Positions 37,996 through 51,751 of a stretch of DNA of 64,000 bases are shown one piece after another. Source of the stretch: Balanoglossus misakiensis (taxonomy: Eukaryota > Animalia > Hemichordata); the NCBI GenBank assembly GCA_040954595.2, contig CM082590.2, positions 3,534,001-3,598,000 on the forward strand, in the 5' to 3' direction. The position numbers and the translations under genes are program-made. The notes beneath the pieces are model-generated. The model was not told the origin of the DNA. It worked only from the letters and a program-made list of their open reading frames with translations, and ran no database searches. How positions within the stretch are numbered: the first letter of the stretch is position 1; each line of letters opens with the position of its first letter.

Positions 37996-40932
37996 GGTCA
38001 TCCTGAGGACAGTGATTGATCAACTTTGTACATCCATTCATACCTGACCTGGTGATTATTTCAACGACTAGTGAAAATTAGCATGGGCGTTATATTAACT
38101 TGCCACATTTTCTAAAAGTGAGGTTGAATTTTATCATAAACAAAGTGCAAATTCAATGTCACCTAAATTTGTACATTTTCTTTCACAAAATCTCAGTAAT
38201 TTGCGTCATAGAGGAAAATCAAACGAAATGGTATAGATTTGACCATGAATTTAGCACATTTTGGAAAAGTCCTGTACATTTAATTAGTTTTTGCTGATAC
38301 TTTTTTGCCTTTTGATTGAGGCCGCCATGGGAAGATGTCCACTAACATATTTTATAAAATACTTAAAGGTTTAACACATCGTTTACTTATTTTGTATTAT
38401 CAAAATGTCATGTGATCGTGGAAGAGAAATGTACGGAACACGTGTGGGCGATGTCAAAATCAGGGATACCTCCATAGTACACCCCCACAATAAAATGGTC
38501 GCGTCTGACTTGATATGATCACAGTTGTAAACGCACATGCAAGTTGCTTAAACGGCCGTGCGCTGCCATGGCAACCATCATGCGGCATTTGCCTAAATAC
38601 GACTGTGCGATTCGCGTACATTATTGCCGTAAATTTTGTTTCATCACATTTTCAAAGCTTTGGATGTCTGAAACATATAATGATAGTCTGATTATCTATG
38701 ACTATTTCACTGATTCTCTTGTACGGCAGCAGAAAAAAATAGTGCGACTTATTGATTTGACATACCTGGCCAATATGTCGGCCATAGTTAGAGAGGCATT
38801 GTCAAAATAATTGCTCAGTAGCACAGGTATGTATTTCAACAGCTGTTTTTTTCTCAAGCTATGACTTGTTCATACAGTTTAGTGACTAAAGGTTTGTTGG
38901 GTGAGATTGATAAACTCCATCTATACAGTAGTATTAGCTTTGGTTCTATCGTATCTGCTGTGAGATATCACCAAACGGAATATTCGGCGAGTGTGGCCGG
39001 TTTATCTCTAAAAATGTTTATCACACAGACAACACTTCGTAAATATCGGCGGTGACAACACAGGTATTTGATGTGCTTAAGTTTGGTCAAATTCCAGGGT
39101 CATCCTGTACGATACTGAGGACAGTGATTGATCAACTGTGTACACCCATTCACACCTGGCCCAGTGCTTACTTCAACGACAAGTAAAGATTAGCATGGGC
39201 GTTATATTGGATTTTAACTCGCCACTGACAGCAGCATTTAAAAAAAGCAATATTCTATTTAAGAATTCGGCTTTTCTTGTTTAGTCAACGGCAACAATGT
39301 TCATTTCCGATGAACCACAATTTACAGTGTCCTAGCCATTTCTGTACTTAGTGTTTCAAACCTTAAACTTCTATATGAGTCAACATTTCATTTTTTGCCT
39401 AAATGATCATCTGTTAAGCATGCTGCGTGTATGGTATATTTATAACAGTCATGTTTAGTTGTTGCGAGAATGCACTCAGATCGATCCTGGTATGACTAGA
39501 CATTTGGACGCATCACACCCTATGTGCCACGTTCAGCCTGGTATGTTGGTGATGACGTCATTCTCTAAGGGGTGGTAACCTTTATATTATCAGACATATT
39601 GTCAGTTAACATGCTAAATTTAGATCGGGTCTACCTTTATCTTCAAAATGCCCCACTAACAATCCAACCAAAAAGACTAAATTAATGTCATTGTCACAAC
39701 AGTAAATATTGATCAGTTTTGGAATAAAGGAATGGCTTGAGTCCCTCGGATGGTGAAGGAGTCACTGTGGTATGCCCATGCGCAGTTGATGTTTAGATGT
39801 GATATGTTAACGGCAGGAACCTAGAGTCCAGCATGCAGTGTGGAACTTCATAAGTTACAAGTCAGTGGACAGCGTTAATGATTAAAACTCAGACGACTGC
39901 AGGCCAGGACAAACAACTAATATGAATCCTGCCCCAACCAAATACTACCTGAAACATAGCGCCCAGCTCCACTAACTTTTATATATACGTATATATTTCA
40001 TTTTTGAGCTCTAGACACCCACGTATAAGTATTGCACTAAGAATCTGAAGCCGTGCTATAAAGTACATAGAACAAGATTGCAGTCAAATATAAAAGAACA
40101 ACTTCTGTTTGTTGAGAGTCTCGGTCCAAATAACACATTGGAAATTCCAGGCTTGTGTGTGTTCCCCTGTTCTCTCAAAATTACTAAGGAACATGTACAT
40201 AAGAATTTGCATGGGTTCTTCAGACAAGTTGTAAGTGATTCACAGTTAGGTTTTCGTAAAGGTTTCTCACATGGCACATTGCTATGCAAAATGGTAAATG
40301 TTCATCAAATAGTCTAAATGGTCTTATACTTTTTACATTAACGTAATTTGTTTGACCTGGCATAATATAATTTACTACTTTTAAATGGTTACAAGGTACC
40401 ACTGAACGGTCGCTAATCATTTAAACAATCGATTCGCTGGATGTTTCAAGCAATTCCCATGCTTACAGTTGAACAGATAGCTCCAAATGGCATTCACCAT
40501 GTTGCTCAACGGATGACCTCAAGTGACCCAACGTGCTCTGGATATAAGGAAGAATAATAAAACCAGCGCAAACCTACCACTTTTCTAAAGACGTAATTTC
40601 AAGTTCATAAACAACACTGAAAATTACTTTAACACTTCAGAAACGGATTCAGATAGAGATAACGTTCTCATGATTTGTGTGTAAACGCTATAGGAAATAA
40701 CACAGTTTAAAAATATAATTAACAGAATACACCCCACATAAATTATCCCTCGAACACTCTCTACAAAAAATAAAAATTCTCGACGTGGAAATGTTCATAC
40801 TAATATATAACGACCTTTCAAATTGCATCAAAGAATAGGGTTAGGGTTAGGGCTTTCTTTGCACCAGCTCCTTAACGTAATATGTTCTTCGGGGACATAT
40901 TTTCAGTCAAGTTGTATTCCCCAAGCCTTTAA

Positions 40933-41252
40933 GGATGTACGCGCAGAACATAAACCATAGGATTAAATTGATAATTGCTCTATCAAGTAAAATAAATTCA
41001 GTGGTCAAATAAAATGGTATGGTCACCGCGCTCCATTTTGAGATAAATTTCGTTAAATATTTTGCCCATACACAAACCATTGGTGAAAAATGCTGAGTGA
41101 GCAGTTTTATTTTATTATCGACTAAATTCATGGCTCTGTATTTAAAAAAAAACAAGCGTGGTGACTCCTATATTTTTATACATACAAAGGTGAATCAAAA
41201 AATCTACAATCAAAAGAAATGACAATACTTTCAATTTTAATGAACGTACATT
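40933..41252 (-). mobile_element. Kolobok-like MITE inserted at TTAA, copy B only
   Basis: ttaa|ggatgtacg start; reverse-complement homolog of 51752-52167; empty site at about 29110. Confidence 0.65.
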
Positions 41253-44200
41253 ATAGTTTTTGTATTATAGTGAGTTGGGAATTTTTTTATACATAGAAAA
41301 CTGGGTATTCACCATCTTGTTTTCATTTCTAAGGAGTTGATACAATGATTGGTGGCCATTTTTGAACACGTGTTATTTGGTTCCTAATTTATTTCAATTT
41401 CATCGCTAGAAACAAAAGGATTTAGTCAAAACGTTACAGTACGATATTCTGATTATTTATGACAATTTCGTTGATTCTCTGGTACAGCAGCAGAACATAG
41501 TACGACCTACTTAGTAGAGATATCTCGACAATATGTCGGTCAGGTCACCTTGAGTGACTGAAGGTGTGTTCGCCTTATAGTTTAACGTCCACACACAGTA
41601 TCTAAACTTTGATATATCAATGTTATCATTAACAGGTACATTCAACGAGTGTCACCTAATTAATTAAGCTTATACGTCAAACTCTTTATCACTCAGACGA
41701 TAATTCGTGGTCTTAAGTGAGATCACTTTATTGAAAATGAGAATCGTACGTGTCATTGTGTATTGGAGACAACAACCCACATTAAGTATTAAGAATCATC
41801 CTGTACTATTGTACATATAGATGTACAAACTTTTTTGAAAGTTAACCCATGGTCGATAATTATCAGGGCAAGTTAAACTTCACATTATAAAATCAACAAC
41901 AAATCCCTTTCTCTTAAAATGGTTGCTGGGTAGTCCATATTTACACTAATCATTGGCTTAGGAGGCAAAACTGATATTTTACGTGATGATTTTACATGTA
42001 ATATATTTATTGCTTAAACATCATGTTATATTGTACATACAGGCGAACAAACCCTTTTTAATGTTAACCCTGGTCGAGAAATATCAGGGACCATATTAAT
42101 TTTCAATCTTAAAATTAGCAACAAAACTCTTTCTCTCTAAATGTTTGTTTGGCAGTTTATATACTTGCACCTATCATTGGAAAGTAGTGGTATATACTTA
42201 ACGCGCGCGTATATTTTTTGAACACTATTTCTGTTTAAAAACAAATCTGGAGAAAAATAAGATCCTGCCACGTTTATGTTTACATGTTTAGTGGCTGAAT
42301 ATGATCAAGACACCTTACGTAGGATCATTGTGTAGAGCAGAGTGAAGAAGTTTGATAAGAAGAATGGAATTGGCAAATAAATATCTGTCGAGACAACACA
42401 GGTATTTGATCAACTTAATTTTGGTCAATTCTCGGGGTCAACCTTTACGATAATAACGACAGTGTCTGATCAACTTTGTAAATCCATGCACACCGGTCCA
42501 TGTGCTTATTTCAATAATTAGTAAAGATCAACGCTATATTTCAACCCTCTAACTTTATACAATCTGTAATCACAATACTAGGCTTAACATTTGGTAGGAA
42601 GGCTTCTAAAAATGTTTAGTTTAATGGCATTCGTCATGGAGATAATTTTCTAGATACTCTGAAGTATAGTATCGCCAAATTTGGATTTGTCTTAGCAGGT
42701 CATTCATTGGTTAAAAGGTAACACTTCGTTTACATATTCTATCTTTTCAAATGTAATTGTGATCATGGAAGAGAAATTTACTAAACATGTGTGGGCGATG
42801 TCAAAATTAACAATACCTCTATATTACATCCCTAAAATAAAATGGTCGCGTCTGACTTGGTATTATCCTATCACAGCGCTAGCCGCATATAGTGGCAGAC
42901 GCGTATGCATGTTGCTTAAAGGCTCGTACGCGGCCATGGTAACTATGGTGCGGCATCCAGCTATGCCACTGAACGATTAGCGTGCATTAGTACCGTGAAG
43001 TTTGTTTCTTCACATTGATAAAGCATTGCATGTCTAAAATATATAACGCTCTCTTATTCTGACTAAGTCTTACAGCTGACATATAAAGCAGAGTTAGTAG
43101 CAATAGAGAAATACAATCTTACCTGTCACAACAAATGGCGGAACGTTTCTACACGGTCACACAGCACCACATCTTATGCAGCTCACGGCCAGTCGAATAA
43201 TGTCGACAACCGGTGTGGGTAGATGAGAATGACTGGGTGTGTTAATGTGCAAAGCTGTTTATTGGTTAATTTTTTAGTTCAACTGATAAAAAATGACGTC
43301 AATCACTCCGGACAGACCTAACAGAATGTCCAGTGTGGAATAACTAATTATTTCAACTATTGACGACTCTGTCTCTAATTACAAAGTCCATCTGATTGTC
43401 CCTGTACCAATGACCTGGCTGCGATCCAGCGCAGCCACTGGTACCAGTTGGAACAGAAATATGTTATCACCATTCCGTTTAATCCATTTCTCAGGATTGT
43501 TTTTCAATGCATGATAGCATTCAACATTTCTAATACATTTGAAATAAACAGCTTACTACGCTTAAATTCTAAGCTTGACATTTTTGTAACTGTGGCGGAA
43601 TGTAAGAATATAATCATTTGTTGATATAAACGGAGGCCACATTGACTGCACATCAGAAAATCTTGGTGTAAGTAGCTAATACATATAAGTCAGGCAGGGT
43701 GAACACACTCATGCTGGAAATATTTTATTAACCATCTGACATGTAAATTGCAACGTTTGGCTTTTTTGTAGGCTATTACGGTTTAAGGCAGCGTTCAAAA
43801 ACATCATTGGAGGGGCCATGATAATTAAGAAAAAAAAGATTCTGGTTTCATTCTAACAACTCCTGGCACCAGCAAACAATTCACGTAGGGCCTACCCACT
43901 TCACTTCCAAAATTATTTAGTTTTAGAGACGGACTCTGCGCTGTGAAACATTAATAACTGACCAAAAGGGGATTAAATATTTACTTTAACATGTCCCAGT
44001 ATGTTTTATCCTTTTTGTCTTCTGTTTATGTTCTTTTCTTGCGCATTACAATATTTTGCTCATTCCCAATAAAATTGTTTAGCAGATTTTCTCTACCTGC
44101 AATTAATCAATGCAATTTTGTTTTGCTTGATTGTATCAAAGACTCTACGGTCTATGGTTGTATTGTAGGATGGTGGTCGTGATAGTGTTGACCTGTTTAT

Positions 44201-45629
44201 TTTGTATGACCGAATACTATCTTTAATCCTCCAGACAGGATTTGATAGCTGTCTGCTGTTTGCATGTTTGCTTTGTGTAAACGAATAGCCGTGGTTGTTG
44301 TGGCGCGTCCTGAATGTGCGGGCAGTCAATCAAATACAACACCTCACATCACCTTTGCTCGGAAAATTCTTATACTTACTGTGAACTGGCTGCATCAGAA
44401 AAAAAACAAAATCTTCACAAGCATGATTTTTGGCATAAAAAACGTTATTTCACCGAATTTTGAAAAACCTTTGGCACGTTTGTAATATTTTTGATTCTGA
44501 TTTTTTTTATACTAAATTTTTTAAAATTCATCAAGATTTAGGAAAGTTATTCAAAAACACCTGTGTTGGGGACCACTTTGATGTTACCTGTGTATTGTCT
44601 ATGGGCGAAAATGCGACTTTTCTAAATTGTTGCAATTTCATTGTTATTAAACATACAGCTGTCAAACCCACATATTTAATAAAGTTGACATAACAGATTT
44701 CAAAACTAGTTTCAGTTTTAAAATTGAAGGTCGCTAAGTGTGTGAGTTGTAGGTTACAAAAACATACCACTTTAAAATTTTCATGCTTGTTTTGTTCGGA
44801 GCAACCAGTTTGTTTATTTCTAAAGCTTTCACTTTGATTGTTCAATATGTTGTAGATATGAATATGTTCTTTTAAAAACAGGTTACACTTTTGAAATCGG
44901 TGGATGGGAATTATTGTCATGTATGTGGTGCACCCGAACTTAACTGTATCCTGATTTTTTTTTAAATATACACTTTGCTTTTTTAAGATTATTTTTTATT
45001 TTAAGCATTACCATTATGAGATGTTATAGAAAATTGAAAAGTTTACACTATAAAGATTGGACACCATTAATTATTTCAAATAATGCTGCAAAATAGACTG
45101 AAATAACTCCCATGACTTAACATGTATAAAAACAAAGGAATAAGTTTTTGGGGACAAGTTTTATGTTGAAAACTCGGCGAAAAACGGTTTGTTTTATGCT
45201 TATTCTAACGAATATCTTACAATCAAATACATAGTTTTTAAGCTCAGATTCTGGGCTCTCTAACCCTGAAAACCGTTTTCCAAAAACCATAGAAATAAAA
45301 TCAGAGAGCCAACGATTACAATTTGTTACGATCGTATTTTGCACTCACTTCCGGGTTTCGGCCAATTGCAGACAAATACTTTTTATAAAAGGCTTCGTCT
45401 TATGCTTATTCTAACAGTTATCTAACAATCCAATATATTGTTTTAAAGCTTATAATCTTGGCTCTCTAACCGCTTAAACCGTTTTTCAAAAATCGTAGAA
45501 TTGAAATCAGGGAGCCAACGATTATAATTTGTTATGATCTTTTTTTCGTGTGTAGGGTTAGGTACTTAGGGATTTTGGTGACAGGCAAAATCCTCAGTTT
45601 TTTTAGGTTAAGTTTACATCACTTCTGAC

Positions 45630-47400
45630 TCACTTAGAGTGGGCCGATCTTTAAAGTGTAACGTGTTTTGAAATCGTCAATTACTGCTCTAAAACATGTT
45701 AAAGACTCGAGTTGGTATCTTTTAGAATAAATTAATAGGTTTGCTAAATATAAAGTGATGTTTAAGTGATTCTTTTGTTTTTATGCATGTTAAAGAATAG
45801 GACAAATTATAATATTTGTGACCCTATCCTGATTAGTACAATGAAAGTAGCTTGAGTACTGTTTTTTTCAGGATGTATAGACATTTGAATTTTCTATGCT
45901 ATAGTACATTATTTTTTTAAAAATGTAGACAAGAAGTTATAAAACCGTAATTATGAAAAATAATGTCAGTGCCCCATAGGCTTTACACTGTAGACAACAG
46001 GGTGTCATAGGTTAAAATTTTGGAAAGTAAGAAAACATGTTGTTTAAAGCTTGTTATTTTCAGAGTGTGTAAAGAACATGATGGGATACTCCATACATTT
46101 TTTTTAAAGTTGTTACATGTACAGTAATGCCAGTAGCTATTGAGTCAAAATAGGTAATTCATATATCTCACAATGACATTTTTGTTATATTGCCATTTGT
46201 TTGCAAATTCGCATTAAACACCTAGCATCGTCCAATTTAAAAAACGTTTTCTGTTTTGAAAAGGGTATAAAAAATACATAACAGATTGAAGAATCAAATT
46301 GATAGTGTTAGGAATAAGGAAACCGCATTGTTCCAAGAAAGGCGCTGTCAATCGACAAAGTAGACAATGCTGTTTGACCCCTTTAACAGCATATATTATC
46401 ACACAAAATTGACATTGTTTGTACCACTCTGGTTTCTTTATTTATTCAGCAATGAAGTGCACACTTTAACAATATTTTAAATACATATTGTTCTTTATAA
46501 TACATATGAAACAGTTTTAAAATCGGATGATGCTAAGTGTTTAAACCAACTTTGCAAACATATATTGAAATATATCAAAATTGTCATTGTCAGATTTATG
46601 AATCGCCTATTTTGACTCAATACCTATTGGCATTACTCTACATGTAATAACTTTAAAAAAAATGTATGGAGTATTCAATCATGTTCTTAACACATTCTGA
46701 AAATAACAAGCTTTAAACAACATGTTTTCTTACTTTCCAAAATTTTAACCTATGACACCCTGTTGTCTACAGTGTAAAGCCTATGGGGCACTGACATTAT
46801 TTTTCATAATTACAGTTTTATAACTTCTTGTCTACATTGTCTCATTTAGAGTGGGCCGATCTTTAAAGTGTAACCTGTTTTGAAATCGACAACTACTGCT
46901 CTAAAACATATTGCAGACCTGATGTGGTATCCTTAAGAATAAATTAATATTTGTGCCAACAAAAAAGTGATGTTTAAGTGATTCTTTTGTTTTTATGCAT
47001 GTTAAAGAATAGAACAAATGATAAAACTTAAGACCCAACCCTAAGATGTACAATAAAGGAGATTTAGTACTGATTTTTTCAGGAAGAATAGACATATAAA
47101 TTATCTATTCTGGAGTACATTAATATTTAATCAATGCCGACAAAATTTATAAAAATATAATTATGAAACCAAAATGTTTGTGCCCCATAGGCTTAACACT
47201 GTAGAAAACCAGGTGTCAGGTAAAAATTTAGAAAAGTAAGAAAACATGTCGTTTAAAGCTTGTTATTTTCAGAGACTGTTAAGAACATGATGGGATACAC
47301 ATACATTTTTTAAAGTTGTTACCCGTACAGTAATGCCAGTAGCTATTGATACAAACTAGGTAATTCATAAATCTCACATGGACATTTTCGTTATATTGCC
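45630..47400. repeat. Direct plus inverted repeat complex (45630-46195 direct to 46840-47400; 45923-46200 inverted to 46580-46838), probably TE-derived
   Basis: gtcagtgccccataggctttacactgtagacaac and its reverse complement; gagtgggccgatctttaaagtgtaac twice. Confidence 0.75.
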
Positions 47401-47769
47401 ACTTTATTTTTGGCACACCAGTTGATTTATTCTTGAAGATTACACATTGGGTCTTGAATATGTTTTAGAGTAATGATTGGCGACAGGGTACACTTTTAAG
47501 ATCGACCTACTCCAAGTGTGTAAAATCTGATTTAATAACATGCATCCACTGTTCATGTAATACATGGGCAAGTTTAAATTAGGGACCAGTGTTTATCACT
47601 TACCCTTAGCTTCATTTCTCTTCATGATTGCATTGGTTCATTTCCTGTAGATTATTGTGCATGTTACAACAGATTGACTTCAAAAGTACTGCATTTTAAA
47701 GTCGCCAGTACTTAGGAAGTACACCTATTGGGCAGCACTTTAAACCACTGCATCTTCTTCAAAACATGT

Positions 47770-48920
47770 ATGTATTTATTGAGTGATTGGCTAATCAAGC
47801 TAACAAGGCGTTGACCCTGCTGTCAGTTGCCAGGTGGAAACTAGGGTATTTGCAATTTGAATGTCACTTCAAGGTGTTTGATGCCATGATCTTACCCATT
47901 CTCTGTTATGGATCGGAGATTTGGGGTTTTCAGTTTTATGACATCATAGAAAAAGTGCAAAGAACATGGTGCAGAATTTTTCTAGGTGTGCCAAGGAGCA
48001 CTACCAATGAAGCTGTAATTGGAGAATGTGGGCGGTTGCCAGTGTATGTTCACACAATGAAACGTTGTTGTATTCGTTACTGGGTGAAACTTATAGAGAT
48101 GCCACAGGAAAGACTCCCTAGGCAACCATATTTAATGCTATGTATTCTTGACCGTTTAGGCCGTCACACTTGGGCAACATCGGTGAAACACATTTTATTT
48201 TTGTATGGGTTCGGGCAAGGAAATAGGCGATAAGTGTTTGTTCCTTTCAGCATTTGAGACAAGAATTTCGGATATTTTGAAGCAACAATGGAAGTCCCAC
48301 TGTTCGTCCAAAACCAAACTCCGTACATACACACTTTTTAAATCATTGTTACAGCCTGAAAAATATCTCAATGTCAACTGTACACGAAATGTCAAACCAA
48401 TTTTTGCATGTTTTCACTGTTCTGCCCTTCCTCTTGGAATAGAGGAGGGAAGACACCAGAACGTGGACGTTTCAGAGAGACACTGTAGGCTATGCTCTGG
48501 TGAACAAATAGAAGACGAGTATCACTTTTTACTTGTTTGCCCCTTATATGATAATCTTAGAAAACAATATATTGGTGACATTAAGAATATTAATCCTCAC
48601 TTCCAAATGTTTGTAAACTTCATGAGTGCATCAGAATCCTCCAAGATTCTTTCGCTATGTAATTATGTTTACAATGCTTTTAAACTTAGAGAAACTGTGT
48701 TAAAAAACCATGAATCCATACAATAAGCTGTTAAGTTCCTCACTTTGTATCCTGAGTATGTAATTCCATACATTTGCTTTTTGATGTTGTCACTTGTACT
48801 ATTTGAGTACATGTATTATTTAATTCATTTTTGTACAATCTTCTTATTACCTTTATACCCCCTTGCTTATGGGCTGGAGGCCTTGGAAAGCAATAAACGT
48901 GCACTGTTGTGCACCTGAAC
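47770..48920 (+). mobile_element. 5'-truncated, frameshifted RTE-X-like LINE 3' end
   Basis: FDAMILPILCYGSEIWGF; C-terminal CxxC..EDEYHFLLVC zinc knuckle; aataaa near 48892. Confidence 0.8.
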
Positions 48921-49187
48921 TGAACAACAACAACAACCAGACAAACAAACAATCAATCAACCACAAAAACATAATTATTCACCCCAGGAAAATCAGTTTA
49001 GAGCCAAAAGTACTATTTCTTCTCTATAATCAGAAAAGTTGTTTGTACTTAGTTGAGCCATCAGCCTTTATATTCTGTTTTAGAAAACGAAAACATACGA
49101 GCATGTTTCCCCATTCTGGGCGTTTTTGGCCTTTAAATTTTCATCATTGCTTGTGCTGGACATACACTGAATAAATTCAGACGTTAC

Positions 49188-49597
49188 CTGCATCTGCAGT
49201 GCAGTTCTTCGTCCCTGCCTGAGCAGCAGTGGTACCAAAACCAGCACAGGCCACGTTGTTGGTGACGTCATCATCCGTCACTGTGATTGACCCACAGACT
49301 TTGGTGTAGGCGGCGCAGTTAGCAGCGTCGAGGGTAAGTGACGCGACCAGATCGGCGTAGCTTCCGGACACCGTTACTGCTGTCCCGCCAGGTGCATTGC
49401 TCCCAGTCGCGGTCACTTCGGTTGATTTCGTGACCCATCGGCATTGCTGAAATACACTTTGACGTCACTAGGCGACCCGCCATTTCCAGTTACTGTATAT
49501 GCCAATGTGAAAGTGGTGGAGACGGATTCTCCAACGCGGAATATCCCACTTGCAGGAGCAGGCGATGTTACCGTCAATGTCGAAGCAGCAATATCAT
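49188..49597 (-). pseudogene. Phase-1 exon for a ~137-aa Thr/Ala/Gly-rich Ig/CARDB-like extracellular module with a 1-nt deletion near 49430
   Basis: tttttag acceptor, G|GTAACG donor; DIAASTLTVT..TFTLAYTVTG..VKVYFSNADGS / ..NCAAYTKVC..DDDVTNNVAC..AGTKNC; 410 nt. Confidence 0.7.
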
Positions 49598-49837
49598 CTA
49601 AAAAGGAAGACATGGTGTTGCTCAGTAACTTTGCACTTTCATTTGTGTTTCAAATTTAAATGGAGAAAGTCTCTCTCTCGCCGCCATCGTACCGATTTGC
49701 ACTGTATTGGTCTGAGGGTCTTGTATAGGCCCTACTGAATAACACGCACTTGGCAGTCTAACAGGCCTGGGAGCCAGGATTCTGGGCACCCTGGAAATCA
49801 AACCAGTTTCAACCGACTTAGCAGTGTTAGGGTTAAT

Positions 49838-50225
49838 TAAAAGGACAAATCACTCTCTCGCTGCCCTTTTTCCATTAATTATGTTTGATACACCGTTTAT
49901 GTTATTCTATATGTCGATATATAGTGAATCAACGTTCAACCACACACATCTTCCATCCCATTTGAAAGATAGGAGAGTAAACATCTTGCCAAAATGTATA
50001 AATGGTAAACACCGATTATTCATTTTGGTGAGTTTTTCACTCGCGTGTCTGCAAGTGGGATGGAAGTTGTGTGTGGTCGAACATTGATTCATTATATATC
50101 CACATGTAGAATAAAATAAACAGTGTCTTGTATCAAATATAATTAATGGAAAGGGGTTAAAGAGAGAGAGACGTTGTCCCTTTAATGGCAAACGGGCAGC
50201 GAGAGGGGGCTTTGTCCCTTTAATG
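49838..50225. mobile_element. Palindromic MITE (second copy at about 53410-53643, interrupted by the Maverick)
   Basis: ggacaaa..tttgtccc ends with internal inverted arms; homolog at 53410+. Confidence 0.7.
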
Positions 50226-50566
50226 ATGTGCATGCATGTCACCACCGTCTAATAACAATCAGATACGATAAAGGAATATTCATGTTTTCCAAACATTCTG
50301 CACTTATGTAAATGTATTTCTTAGAGACAATTGAGCTTATTTTGTCTGTTAGTATATTAAGATAACATTTATGACAAATTGCCAAAAAATTAAAGAAATC
50401 TCGGTACAGTCAGAAATCCAGGCAATTTTAAAAAAAGAAAGTGAAATATTTCAGTGAAAAAGAAAACTATAATGTCTATAATGGCATACATTTACATCCA
50501 TTTGTTTTAGTGGCCAGATCACGTGATTGATAGCAAAGAATAGTTCCGCAATAATTGAATACTCAC

Positions 50567-50968
50567 TACAGATTTTGGTGCCGGCTTTGTCAGCGCCAGT
50601 GCCAAAGTCAACACACGCCTCGTTGTTGGTGGCGTCATCATCCGTCACTGTGATGGCAGCACACAGTTTGGTGTATGCGGCACAGTTAGCTGTATAGAGT
50701 ATTAGCGAAGCCGTGAGGTCCCGGAAACTCCCAGAAGCTCCGTATAGTATAGTGCCGCGCGGTGCATCCATACCACCTGCCGTGACTTCACCCGACTATG
50801 TTGAGCCGTCTGCGTTGCTGAAGTAGATCTTCACAGCGGTAGGTGTTGCTCCAGCCCCTGTTACAGTATATGCCAGTGTAAAGGTGGTAAATACACCCGT
50901 CCCATCTGTAAATCCACCTGTTGTTGGGTCTGGTACTGTTACTGTTAACGTTGTCGCTGCCATGTCAT
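50567..50968 (-). pseudogene. Homologous phase-1 exon (402 nt) with in-frame TAG at 50796-50798
   Basis: tttcag acceptor, A|GTGAGT donor; DMAATTLTVT..TFTLAYTVTG..VKIYFSNADGST*SGEVTA..NCAAYTKLC..DDDATNNEAC..AGTKIC. Confidence 0.72.
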
Positions 50969-51092
50969 CTGAAACACGAAAAACAACAACACTGATTTCT
51001 ACATTTGTACATAATTAAATATTAATTCGTAATTGATGACGCATTTATTTGTTATTATCACTATTTAATGGTTTGTTCCCACCTTCTTGTGT

Positions 51093-51637
51093 TTAACAGT
51101 GAGGGTATGACGAGTCTTCAGGGTCTATTTTACTAATGGAAATACATGGACCGATTTTTATTGTGTGACCGGAACTACTTTCGGGAATTGATCGGCTGGC
51201 TGGTACACAGCGTGAACGGTTACGCCCAGTGATCAGTATACACATGATGACTGGCAATGAGGGCAACAGTGTACACATGATGACTGACAATGAGGGCAAC
51301 AGTGTACACATGATGACTGACAATGAGGGCAACAGTGTATTTTGATGACCGAGGGCGCTGCTAGTCACAACTAAAACAGACTTGTTTTATGCCCGAGGGA
51401 AAACAGAATGTTTTGGTGTGACTGGCAGTCCCGAGGTCATCAAAAATACACTGTTGCCCGAATATGTCAGTCATCATGTGTTTTATAACACACCAAACAC
51501 GGAATTATATCAAGACGGGGCAACAGTACCGGGCAGAAACCGATTGAACTGATGCCAAAGAGAACAGTTCGAAATTACTAAGGTGACGGCGTATTAACGA
51601 ATCACGATCGAGGGTTCGCTGCATGGTGTGTTATAAT
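51093..51637. mobile_element. MITE-like repeat with internal 33-bp tandem (about 51235-51340) and an inverted arm
   Basis: cagtgtacacatgatgactgacaatgagggcaa x3; inverted match at about 51430-51480. Confidence 0.55.
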
Positions 51638-51751
51638 GTTGTTTATTTGATTTATTTACCATTTAAAAATTGACAACACATTAAAATGCATTGATAGAGT
51701 CTTCCTCTGGTGCCTTGATAACACAGAAATTCGTTGAAAACTATATATTAA

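Larger units (their letters stand above)
34124..42945. repeat. Segmental duplication copy B
   Basis: Colinear with 22555-32960. Confidence 0.9.

Noticed and set aside
50796-50798. Selenocysteine/pyrrolysine recoding of the in-frame stop
   Set aside because: The codon is TAG, not TGA, and aligns with Lys (AAA) in the paralog; a point mutation is simpler
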